DNA of 32,809 nucleotides from a virus. Lineage: Duplodnaviria; Caudoviricetes. How positions within the stretch are numbered: position 1 is the first letter of the stretch; every line of letters starts with the position of its first letter. The stretch covers positions 1 to 32,809 of IMG/VR virus record IMGVR_UViG_3300012200_000012. The stretch is one strand, 5' to 3'. The notes below the pieces were generated by a model. The model made no database searches. It had not been told where the DNA came from and saw only the letters and a program-made list of their open reading frames with translations. Of this stretch, positions 13,588-21,805 are shown one piece after another. Both the position numbers and the translations under genes were made by a program.

Positions 13588-14547
13588 ATGGCAGGTTTTT
13601 CCGACGCCAATAATCAATATCTCATTAGAAGTCAACTTTGGTCACGTCAGATCAAGGAACTTCTACTTGACGAATTGAATGCTATGAAGTTTGTCAAGGT
13701 TATTCAAGACTTCCCAGATGGCTATACAATTAACATTCCGTCTATCGGTGAAGCAGAAACGCTAGATTTCACAGAAAATCAAGCGGTCAAGTACAGTTCA
13801 ATGGATACTGGTAATTTCCAGTTCTCATTCGATCAGTACAAGTATTCTGCGCATTCGATTAGCGAAAAGTTCAAGAGGGATAGTTTCTACTCGTCCGACG
13901 TTATTGCTGCATTCGTGCCGCGTCAACATCGGTCTTTAATGGAAGCCGTGGAATCTCGCATCTTCGCTATGGCGAATGCTGGACAAACTGCTAGCAGCCC
14001 TAACATCATCAACCTCGCTGACCACCGTTGGGTGGCAAGCGGCACAGGTCAATCTATCGCACTCTCTGACTTTGCTCGTGCACAATATGCACTGACCAAG
14101 GCTAATGTGCCATTAGTTAACTTGTGTTGTGTTGTTGATCCTTCAGTTGCATATACTCTTCAAACTCAAGCCAACCTCGTGAACTTACTCTCTCCCATGC
14201 AAATGTGGGGCGATGTAACTCGTGATGGCATTATGACGGGCTTTAAATTCCGTTTCAATGTCTATGGGTTTGATATCTACGTCTCGAACTACCTGCCGCC
14301 TATTGCTTCGGAAACGATCAATAGCGTTGCAGTAAGTGGTGGCGTATGCAACTATTTCTTCTCTGCAACCCCCGGTGATACTACACCGTGGATTGGTGGC
14401 TTCCGTCAGATGCCCACTGTCTACAGTGAGTTCAATAAGGACTTGCAACAGGAGGAATACCTCACCATTGCGGAATATGGTTTCAAGCTTTACCGGCCTG
14501 AAAACATGGTTACCGTGATTACCGCCACCAGTGCAGTTCCAAGTTAA
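13588..14547 (+). CDS. Major capsid protein (HK97 fold), 319 aa
   Basis: TAAGGAG RBS; LIRSQLWS..., FPDGYTINIPSIG, FNVYGFDIYVSNYLP and YGFKLYRPEN motifs; follows the scaffold gene. Confidence 0.93.
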   Translation: MAGFSDANNQYLIRSQLWSRQIKELLLDELNAMKFVKVIQDFPDGYTINIPSIGEAETLDFTENQAVKYSSMDTGNFQFSFDQYKYSAHSISEKFKRDSFYSSDVIAAFVPRQHRSLMEAVESRIFAMANAGQTASSPNIINLADHRWVASGTGQSIALSDFARAQYALTKANVPLVNLCCVVDPSVAYTLQTQANLVNLLSPMQMWGDVTRDGIMTGFKFRFNVYGFDIYVSNYLPPIASETINSVAVSGGVCNYFFSATPGDTTPWIGGFRQMPTVYSEFNKDLQQEEYLTIAEYGFKLYRPENMVTVITATSAVPS

Positions 14548-14558
14548 GGAGATATGAA

Positions 14559-15278
14559 ATGGTAGCAGGTTCATGGTTTAACCAAGATGGCTTATACGTC
14601 CAGTATGGTACGCAGAAAGCCATCCCCGAAGTCGCAGGCGAGTATCTCGTCTACGGCGAAAATCGCGAGATTGAATATCTAATTCCTCTTGTTCCCATGG
14701 CTATGGGTACAGGTGGTCTACAAGTCCCAGCCCCACCGACATCGTTCTCTGGAACGACTACGGCGATTGCTGCGGGTATTCAATCTTTAACTACACTCTT
14801 TCCTCTACAAATTACTCCGGTGACAACTGTCTCTGGTGGTGTTTTAACGTTCACTTCTACTCAACTCTTTATTGAGCAAGTAGAACTTGACACGATTATC
14901 GCAGCCGCTGGTGGCACGAGCATTGCAGTTGGTTTGGTTGTAAATACCACACCAGTTGCAGGTTCTTCACCGACGTTTGTGCAGGCAACACCTAACGCAG
15001 GTACGCAGATCATCAAAAACGCTACAGCAGCGGCAGCGATGCAAGCGTCCGGTGTGAAGACTACGTGGAACCAACCTGGTGCCACTGGTATTCAAGGTGG
15101 CGTTGCCAACACCGTCGCTGGCGGTGGTGATTGGATTGGTTCTGTTCCACTTTTGACAAATGCAATTACTCCACTTCCGAATAATGCATATTTGTCAACG
15201 ATTGCAACAGGTGCATTCACTAACGGGCTAGTTAAAGTTCGTATCAAGTATACCTTGTACGGCAATATTAGTCAGTAA
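14559..15278 (+). CDS. Putative capsid decoration or minor capsid protein, 239 aa
   Basis: AAGGAG RBS, directly after the MCP, N-terminal WFNQDGLYVQYG, Gly/Ala/Thr-rich beta pattern. Confidence 0.7.
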   Translation: MVAGSWFNQDGLYVQYGTQKAIPEVAGEYLVYGENREIEYLIPLVPMAMGTGGLQVPAPPTSFSGTTTAIAAGIQSLTTLFPLQITPVTTVSGGVLTFTSTQLFIEQVELDTIIAAAGGTSIAVGLVVNTTPVAGSSPTFVQATPNAGTQIIKNATAAAAMQASGVKTTWNQPGATGIQGGVANTVAGGGDWIGSVPLLTNAITPLPNNAYLSTIATGAFTNGLVKVRIKYTLYGNISQ

Positions 15279-15292
15279 TAAACTATATGTGA

Positions 15293-15313
15293 GAGGGAGT
15301 TAAATGCTCCCTC
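15293..15313 (+). terminator. Stem-loop after the capsid genes (partial terminator or stabiliser)
   Basis: GAGGGAG-TTAAATG-CTCCCTC; no U-tract follows. Confidence 0.5.
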
Positions 15314-15333
15314 AAGCATAGAAAGGAAAATAA

Positions 15334-15591
15334 ATGGCTCTTTCAACTAAGACTTTGGATGCCACAGGAAATCAGGTTAATGTCGATGGTGTCTCAGTAG
15401 CTTGGGATGCAATGACTAATGCTGTCATTACACCAACTTCAAGACCGAGTATTTCATCGGGAACTGGTGCTCCTACTTTTACGGCAGCGCAAGGTTCTAT
15501 GTATATCAGGATTGATGGTGGGGTTAACACTCGAGTTTATATTAACACGACAGGTGCTACAACTTGGACTCCTCTAAGTAATGCGGCTTAA
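15334..15591 (+). CDS. Small virion fibre or decoration-type protein, 85 aa
   Basis: GTGAP...GSMYIRIDGG...VYIN...TTW motif common in fibre domains; AAAGGA RBS. Confidence 0.7.
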   Translation: MALSTKTLDATGNQVNVDGVSVAWDAMTNAVITPTSRPSISSGTGAPTFTAAQGSMYIRIDGGVNTRVYINTTGATTWTPLSNAA

Positions 15592-15595
15592 TTAA

Positions 15596-16684
15596 ATGTC
15601 CAAGATAACATTAACCGATCTGGTTAATCTAACAAATCAAACTACAGCGGTAAATGCTATTAACAGTAACAACGCAGTTCTAGAGACTGCGTCTAATAAT
15701 ACTTTGTCTAGAGATGGCACTCAACCTAATACGATGGGTGCTGCTCTGGATATGAATAGTAATCAAATTATCAATTTACCTGTACCGAGTACTCAAAATT
15801 CTCCGGCTAGATTGATAGATGTTGTTACTAATCCTACTATAACAATACCAGGCACGGGAACATCAGGACACTTAGTTCCATTTCTAGATGGCAATAATAC
15901 TTGGTCTGGGACTAATACTCACTCCAGTACAGAAACATTTAATGGAGCAGTTAATGTCAATGGTACTATAACATTACCTGCCAATAATGTTACTAATGCT
16001 CAATTAGCAACTGTTCCTGCTAATACAGTTAAAGGAAGTATCGTAGGAGGTACTCCCACCGATTTAACTACAACTCAATTAACTACTCTGGTAAATCCAG
16101 TTACAGCGACTACTACCGGTGCTGTTCCTATTCTACCTAATAATACTTCTACCTTCTTACGTGGAGATGGTATTTTTGCAGCACCTGCCTATACTCTTCT
16201 AAATACTTTAACAGCAGCTAACGTAGCGACTCTATCAGATATTACCAGTATTACTTCAGCTTATTCTATTTATGAATTGATATTTGAAAATGTTATTCCA
16301 GTTACCGGTACTACTAATTTAAATATTCAAGTACATTCTGGAGGTATTTTTCAAACAGGAGCCACTTACAGTTCTTCTGTAACTTTTACTACGGGGGGAT
16401 CAGCAAGCCAATTAACATCTAATGTTGGTTATTTAATAAACGGTAATATAGGTTCTACTACAATAGGATTGAGCGGTACTGTCAGGATATACAATCCAAC
16501 AGGAAGTCAATTAGGTAAAATGTATACATCCTTAACTTCACAGCCTAATGCAGGCAATACATTAAATTATGTCACCACTGGAGGCGGGTACTGGAATAGT
16601 GCTGCTGCAGTAGATGGCTTTCAAGTATTATTCTCAGCTGGGAATATAGCCAGCGGAGTTATTAAAGTCTATGGAATTATCTGA
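15596..16684 (+). CDS. Tail fibre protein 1, 362 aa
   Basis: N-terminal anchor ([28 protein letters not shown]), Thr/Asn-rich shaft, C-terminal beta-sandwich tip. Confidence 0.8.
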   Translation: MSKITLTDLVNLTNQTTAVNAINSNNAVLETASNNTLSRDGTQPNTMGAALDMNSNQIINLPVPSTQNSPARLIDVVTNPTITIPGTGTSGHLVPFLDGNNTWSGTNTHSSTETFNGAVNVNGTITLPANNVTNAQLATVPANTVKGSIVGGTPTDLTTTQLTTLVNPVTATTTGAVPILPNNTSTFLRGDGIFAAPAYTLLNTLTAANVATLSDITSITSAYSIYELIFENVIPVTGTTNLNIQVHSGGIFQTGATYSSSVTFTTGGSASQLTSNVGYLINGNIGSTTIGLSGTVRIYNPTGSQLGKMYTSLTSQPNAGNTLNYVTTGGGYWNSAAAVDGFQVLFSAGNIASGVIKVYGII

Positions 16685-17925
16685 TGTCTAAGATTACTCT
16701 TAACAATGTTGCAAGTCTTATAGATGCCACTACAGCGGCTAATACTATAAATGCTAATAGTGCTACTATTCAGACTGCTATGGATAATACTTTATCTCGA
16801 AATGGTACTCAACCTAATGTTATGAACGCTGCATTAGATATGAATAGTAACCAAGTTATTAATCTTCCTCTTCCAGCTACAGCCAATTCTCCGCTAAGAC
16901 TTCAAGATTTAAATAATTTCATAGGAGGTGGCTCTGTTACTAACATACCTGCGGGGGGTAATACAGGAGATGCTTTAGTAAAAAATAGTGGTACTAACTA
17001 TGATGTGAAGTGGGCTTCAGATGCTAGTGAATTAGTTGGTGGTACAAATATAGCAATAACAGGAACTTCTCCTGCAACTATTAGTACAATAGCTAATCCT
17101 GTCTTTTCAACCAGTGTTACAACTCCTTTACTTATTAATACAGGTACACTTACTTTACCTACATCTACGGATACTCTTGTAGGGCGTAATACTACAGATA
17201 CTCTAACTAATAAAACCCTTACATCTCCTACTTTAACTTCACCTAGTTTAGATACTCCAACTGCTTTAACTCTTACTAATGCCACCGGTCTTCCAGTATC
17301 GACAGGTATAAGTGGTCTTGCTACAGGCATAGCAACATTTCTTGCTACTCCTAGTAGTGCTAATTTAAGAACTACTTTAACAGATGAGACTGGAACAGGT
17401 GTTAATGTATTTGCTACTTCTCCCGTTTTAGTAACTCCTACTCTAGGTGCAGCTACAGCTACTACTGTAGCATTCAATCCTACTACTGGCGGTATTATAG
17501 GCACTACTACCAATGATAATACTACTGCAGGTAATGTCGGTGAAGTTATCTCAGCTACAGCTTCAAGCACAGCTATTACAACTGCAACTCAAACAAATAT
17601 AACTAGCATTTCTTTAACTGCAGGTGATTGGGATGTATATGGGACTATCGCCTATTTTCCAGCTGCTACTACTAATATCACAGATTTATATTCAAGTGTA
17701 AGTCTTACAACAGCTACGTTAGATCAAACTGTCTTCAATTATACTCGATTATCTTTTACAAGTGCGGGTATTGTGCCGGGAACTAACAAAGAAAACATTC
17801 TATGGACTGGACCTCGAAGAGTTTCAGTTGCAAGTACTACCACTGTTTTTTTAGTAGGTTTAGCAAACTTTTCGGTAAGTACTATGAATACTACCGGGGG
17901 TATACGAGCAAGAAGGATAAGATGA
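16684..17925 (+). CDS. Tail fibre protein 2, 413 aa (paralogous N-terminus to fibre 1)
   Basis: Same anchor ([28 protein letters not shown]), [12 protein letters not shown] shaft repeats, tip domain GEVI...[10 protein letters not shown]. Confidence 0.8.
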   Translation: MSKITLNNVASLIDATTAANTINANSATIQTAMDNTLSRNGTQPNVMNAALDMNSNQVINLPLPATANSPLRLQDLNNFIGGGSVTNIPAGGNTGDALVKNSGTNYDVKWASDASELVGGTNIAITGTSPATISTIANPVFSTSVTTPLLINTGTLTLPTSTDTLVGRNTTDTLTNKTLTSPTLTSPSLDTPTALTLTNATGLPVSTGISGLATGIATFLATPSSANLRTTLTDETGTGVNVFATSPVLVTPTLGAATATTVAFNPTTGGIIGTTTNDNTTAGNVGEVISATASSTAITTATQTNITSISLTAGDWDVYGTIAYFPAATTNITDLYSSVSLTTATLDQTVFNYTRLSFTSAGIVPGTNKENILWTGPRRVSVASTTTVFLVGLANFSVSTMNTTGGIRARRIR

Positions 17926-18914
17926 CTATATTTAATGTTCGAGATTACGGTGCATTGGGTGATGATCAACACGATGATACCGCAGCCTTTACTGCAGCAA
18001 TTATTGCAGCTCAGGCAGTGCGTGGCACTGTTACAATACCATCAAGTATATCCCGCTATTTGGTAACTTCATTGCCCCAAGTAACTAGTTCAATTGCATT
18101 TTGTGGTGAGCATTACGGGGGCTCGATTATTCACTTGACTGGTACGCAAGGATTGAGTACATTTACCGCAGATCCATTGTTTATCAATGATCTTAGTATT
18201 GATGCCAATCCAAGAGCGACAACGATTTATCTTGATGCTCCAGCCGGTAGTACAAATACTGACTCCGTTATCAAAGATGTACATATTGTCAATACCGGCT
18301 ATGGGCTAGCTATGGGGAGTGCCAGCCGATTTAATGTTGATCATTTAGTTGTTGATGGTGCAGCATCAGCCAGTGTCTGGGTCAGGAACATAAATTTTCC
18401 AGATGGAGGTGATGCTACAATCCAAAATAGTATCTTCTCGGGACAGCCTACTGCGCATCTTTATTATGCATCTGCCGGAGATCTTAGATTCCTCAACAAT
18501 AAATGCAATGGTGGTTCATCTAGCATTCAAATGGCGCTCAATACAGGATCATTAGCAGGAACGGGAACGTTCCAGATTAAAGGTTGTAGTCTTGAGGGGG
18601 CAACATACGGTATATTGTTACAGTCACCACAGCGACAAATCTTTGATGGAGTCTATATCGAAGGCAATGAAATTGCTTGTAGTTCCGCTGGTATATGGGT
18701 TCAAGTTAATGGAAATTGGTTAGAATCTTTATTGATTACAGACAATATTTTTATTCTAGGAGCTTCCATGGTAGGTTGTGAAATTGGAGGTACAACTGGT
18801 GGATTGATTGATGGTAATATTTTTCAAGGTAATTCACAATCACGGGGATGGAATATCGAAGCAGGTTCAGACTGTCAAATTGGAACAAATAAATTATATG
18901 GTGGAACTTTATAA
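17922..18914 (+). CDS. Right-handed beta-helix tailspike or depolymerase (pectate-lyase-3-like N-terminus), ~330 aa
   Basis: [25 protein letters not shown] cap motif and IEGNEI / ITDNIF / IDGNIF repeats. The start is likely ATG 17922 (AAGGA RBS, ATGA overlap), not 17802. Confidence 0.8.
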   Translation: MTIFNVRDYGALGDDQHDDTAAFTAAIIAAQAVRGTVTIPSSISRYLVTSLPQVTSSIAFCGEHYGGSIIHLTGTQGLSTFTADPLFINDLSIDANPRATTIYLDAPAGSTNTDSVIKDVHIVNTGYGLAMGSASRFNVDHLVVDGAASASVWVRNINFPDGGDATIQNSIFSGQPTAHLYYASAGDLRFLNNKCNGGSSSIQMALNTGSLAGTGTFQIKGCSLEGATYGILLQSPQRQIFDGVYIEGNEIACSSAGIWVQVNGNWLESLLITDNIFILGASMVGCEIGGTTGGLIDGNIFQGNSQSRGWNIEAGSDCQIGTNKLYGGTL

Positions 18915-19540
18915 TGAAGAACAATTTTAATGATTGTCTTAACCGAGTTTTAAAGGATGAAGGCGGATACAGTAATCATCCCGCAGATCCCGGTGGTCCG
19001 ACTAATTTTGGAATTACTTTAATTGATTATCGCAAATATATTAATTCTAAGGGAACTGCCTTAGATGTAAAGAATATGAGGTTGGAAGATGCCAAGCAGA
19101 TTTACCGAACCAAGTATTGGGATGCTCTTGGCTGTGATAATCTTGCCTCTGGTGTTGATTATACTTGTTTCGATTATGGCGTTAATAGTGGGCTAGGACG
19201 GCCTAGGAAGGCGCTACAGCGATTTAAGTCTCTATCTGGTACTTCTCTTATAGATGCTATAAATGATGAACGTATAGCCTTTCTACGAAGTCTGCATACC
19301 TTTCCAGTATTTGGTAAAGGTTGGATTAGACGTGTTGCGGGAGTCCGAGAGTACAGCAAATTCTTAGCAACTAAGAAAGATAATACTACAGGTCCAATTG
19401 CTGGAACCGCTACCATCGGTATTGGTGCGGCGATAGCTCAATACTTCCATACTCATCAGACTGCAATCATTATTGGTACGGTTGTAATTGCAATCTTAAT
19501 AGGTGCTGCAATTCATTACTTCAAAAACAAAGGTAAATAA
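18914..19540 (+). CDS. GH108 endolysin (N-acetylmuramidase) with PG-binding motif and C-terminal hydrophobic segments
   Basis: EGGYSNHPADPGGPTNFGIT, FDYGVNSG and FGKGWIRRV motifs. Confidence 0.9.
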   Translation: MKNNFNDCLNRVLKDEGGYSNHPADPGGPTNFGITLIDYRKYINSKGTALDVKNMRLEDAKQIYRTKYWDALGCDNLASGVDYTCFDYGVNSGLGRPRKALQRFKSLSGTSLIDAINDERIAFLRSLHTFPVFGKGWIRRVAGVREYSKFLATKKDNTTGPIAGTATIGIGAAIAQYFHTHQTAIIIGTVVIAILIGAAIHYFKNKGK

Positions 19541-19783
19541 ATGACGACTGCAAGCGAATTTAATGCTGTAATTTCTCAGGACTTAAATAATATCAAACAG
19601 TCCCTTCTCTCACTTCACACAGGAGTTTCTTATATGACTGCTCTAATTTCTGCCGCCGTAGCTTTTATAGTTGGTGGCGGTCTTGGCTGGTGGCTCGGTC
19701 CCCGCGCTACTACAGGAATACAAACTGATATTGCTACTGTAAAGACTGACATTGAAAATCTCAAAACTAAAGTCGGCGTTTAA
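19541..19783 (+). CDS. Small single-TM lysis-cassette protein (80 aa; alternative start at 19634 gives 49 aa)
   Basis: TM segment ALISAAVAFIVGGGLGWWLG followed by a short coiled coil. Confidence 0.65.
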   Translation: MTTASEFNAVISQDLNNIKQSLLSLHTGVSYMTALISAAVAFIVGGGLGWWLGPRATTGIQTDIATVKTDIENLKTKVGV

Positions 19784-19997
19784 ACGTCTTTGGCTACAAA
19801 GCCAAACCCGTTTACTAGCTCAAGCTCAAGCTATTTCAGCTGCGGGTCTATTGATTATTCCACAGTTAAATGGAATGTTTAATGACCCTGCCGTTCAATC
19901 ATATCTAGGAAAAATAGAAATGCCGTTGTGGTTTCCGATCTTCTTATTGATACTTGCCGGTGTAACTTATTTAGCACACGGACATAAGGACGATTAA
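19752..19997 (+). CDS. Putative 2-TM holin-like protein, ~81 aa
   Basis: Two hydrophobic segments, basic N-terminus, charged C-terminus, in the lysis cluster. Start codon uncertain. Confidence 0.6.
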   Translation: MKISKLKSAFKRLWLQSQTRLLAQAQAISAAGLLIIPQLNGMFNDPAVQSYLGKIEMPLWFPIFLLILAGVTYLAHGHKDD

Positions 19998-20365
19998 TGT
20001 TAGGCTGGATACCTTTTATAGGTCCTATTCTACAAGGTCTATTTAATACTGTTAGTAGTGTTTATTCTAAGTTCAAAGATACTCAACTTGGAATGCGCCA
20101 AGCCGAAGTATCTGAAGCTCAAATATCTGCTCAAATAATTCATGATACTAATGATGATCTCGGCATCCGTATTCTACGTGATGCCGTTTGTTTACCTGTG
20201 GTAGTTTGGACTATGATTATTGGCTGGGATACTATTGTAGTTCATCATTATCCTGATCTGGTTTTCATTGTAGAAAAGTATCCAGATAGTGTAGCTTATT
20301 TACCCTATGCTGTACTTACCTTCTTGTTAGGTAATATTGGCATCAATGCTTGGAAACGACGCTAA
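19997..20365 (+). CDS. Putative multi-TM holin-like membrane protein, 122 aa
   Basis: Amphipathic N-terminus, two C-terminal hydrophobic helices, basic tail KRR; TAATG coupling at both ends. Confidence 0.65.
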   Translation: MLGWIPFIGPILQGLFNTVSSVYSKFKDTQLGMRQAEVSEAQISAQIIHDTNDDLGIRILRDAVCLPVVVWTMIIGWDTIVVHHYPDLVFIVEKYPDSVAYLPYAVLTFLLGNIGINAWKRR

Positions 20366-21504
20366 TGCAAATGACTTTACTTGATATGACTCAGAACATC
20401 TTGAGTGCCTTGTCTTCTGATGAAGTCAATAGCATTGGCGATAATGTCGAATCACAACAGATAGCTCTCATAATTAAGAATAAATATTATGATATTGTTA
20501 ATCGTACTCAACTTCCTGAACACAATCAATTAATTCAATTAGAATCTTCACTTAGTTCCATAGCTCCTGTTGAAATGTTTGTTCCTGATGGTGTAACAGA
20601 AATCAAATGGATTAAATATTTCAATACCAATGTCTTCGATAATGTTAATACTGCTACAGCTACTCATGGAATCAATGTAGATATTAAACCAACAGTGTTA
20701 TGGTCCACAACCTCTGTGACCAGTAATACTATTGGATTAGGTTCTAAAACATTTACAGTGATTTCTAGTACTTTACCTATTAAAGTTGGACAGACAGCTA
20801 CAGCTACATCTGGATCTAATTCTATGACTGGTAATGTAACTAGCTATTCGGGAACTAGTTTAGTTCTTAATATAACTTCAGTACAAGGCTCCGGGACATT
20901 CAGTTCTTGGATTATCAATGCTATTTCAATCAGTAATCAAGCTGTTCCTGGGTATCAATATGTAACCATTCTGCCAATATCTCAATTTATCGAAAGAGTT
21001 AATACTTTTAATCCAACTGAGATCAATGTTGGAACATTTCAATTTACTAATAATGTAAATAATTTTCCAGGATCTTATACGTTCTATTATAAAAATAATA
21101 GACAGCCTACTTATTGTTGTATTCTAAGTAACTTCAATGTTATCTTCGATGCTTATGATAATACTCAAGATTCAACTTTACAGACTAATAAAACGATGTG
21201 TTGGGGTAGAGTAGTTCCGGAATGGCAAATGGTAGATAGTTTCATACCTAACTTAGACGATGAACAGTTTACACTTTTACTTAATGAAGCCAAAGCTTTA
21301 GCTTACTTTGAAATTAAACAATCCATCCATCCTAAAGCTGAACAAGAAATTAAACGAGGATGGAGTAATATACAAAAGAATAAATCAGTAACTAATAGGC
21401 CAACTTATTTTAATGAGTTGCCTGATTTTGGTAGACGTGGCGGTATGGTGACAAGTAGGGCTAGTGACTTTAAGATGAGAGGATGGGATTCTTCTAATGG
21501 CTGA
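20365..21504 (+). CDS. Tail tubular protein A (adaptor, T7 gp11-like) with an inserted beta-domain
   Basis: MTLLDMTQNILSALSSDEVNSIGD N-terminus and LLLNEAKALAY C-terminal helix. The start is likely 20365 (TAATG) rather than 20350. Confidence 0.8.
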   Translation: MQMTLLDMTQNILSALSSDEVNSIGDNVESQQIALIIKNKYYDIVNRTQLPEHNQLIQLESSLSSIAPVEMFVPDGVTEIKWIKYFNTNVFDNVNTATATHGINVDIKPTVLWSTTSVTSNTIGLGSKTFTVISSTLPIKVGQTATATSGSNSMTGNVTSYSGTSLVLNITSVQGSGTFSSWIINAISISNQAVPGYQYVTILPISQFIERVNTFNPTEINVGTFQFTNNVNNFPGSYTFYYKNNRQPTYCCILSNFNVIFDAYDNTQDSTLQTNKTMCWGRVVPEWQMVDSFIPNLDDEQFTLLLNEAKALAYFEIKQSIHPKAEQEIKRGWSNIQKNKSVTNRPTYFNELPDFGRRGGMVTSRASDFKMRGWDSSNG

Positions 21505-21805
21505 TAACTACATGATACCTAATACCAAAATGCGTAGTAAGGACCGAGTTTTTAAGCTTGGTATTATAGATGACAAACTTCCTAAGAATAGTACTGGGAT
21601 GGTAGATACTCGATTGTTTACCGGAGAAAATAGACTTCATGCCAAGATGGACCCAGAGACTTGTTTCTGGTCTTTACAATATGAAACCGGCGGAGCTTTA
21701 CCACAACCTTTGAAGGTTAACTTTACTACCTTCCCAGCTTTGAAACGACATGTGGAAGATTATTTCAAGAATAGAAATATAGAGATTAAAGAAATCTTGG
21801 ATTAA
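21497..21805 (+). CDS. Hypothetical tail-region protein, 102 aa
   Basis: Overlaps both neighbours; GGALPQPL..F motif. Confidence 0.7.
   Translation: MADNYMIPNTKMRSKDRVFKLGIIDDKLPKNSTGMVDTRLFTGENRLHAKMDPETCFWSLQYETGGALPQPLKVNFTTFPALKRHVEDYFKNRNIEIKEILD

Noticed and set aside
14502-14561. T7 10A/10B-style -1 frameshift fusing the MCP to the downstream protein
   Set aside because: The -1 frame is open from 14502, but I found no slippery heptamer and the downstream gene has its own strong AAGGAG RBS.
15276-15300. TAATAAACTATATGTGAGAGGGAG as a T7-like phage RNAP promoter
   Set aside because: No convincing second copy in the window and no RNAP gene seen. The GAGGGAG is explained by the hairpin.
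16998-17570. 190-aa minus-strand ORF and other long antisense ORFs
   Set aside because: They arise from the Thr-rich (ACT) codon bias of the sense fibre genes, which limits antisense stops. No RBS or promoter support.
17802-17921. N-terminal extension of the tailspike ORF (likewise the 10484 and 20350 starts)
   Set aside because: It overlaps the upstream gene out of frame. The downstream ATGs with stop/start coupling are more plausible.
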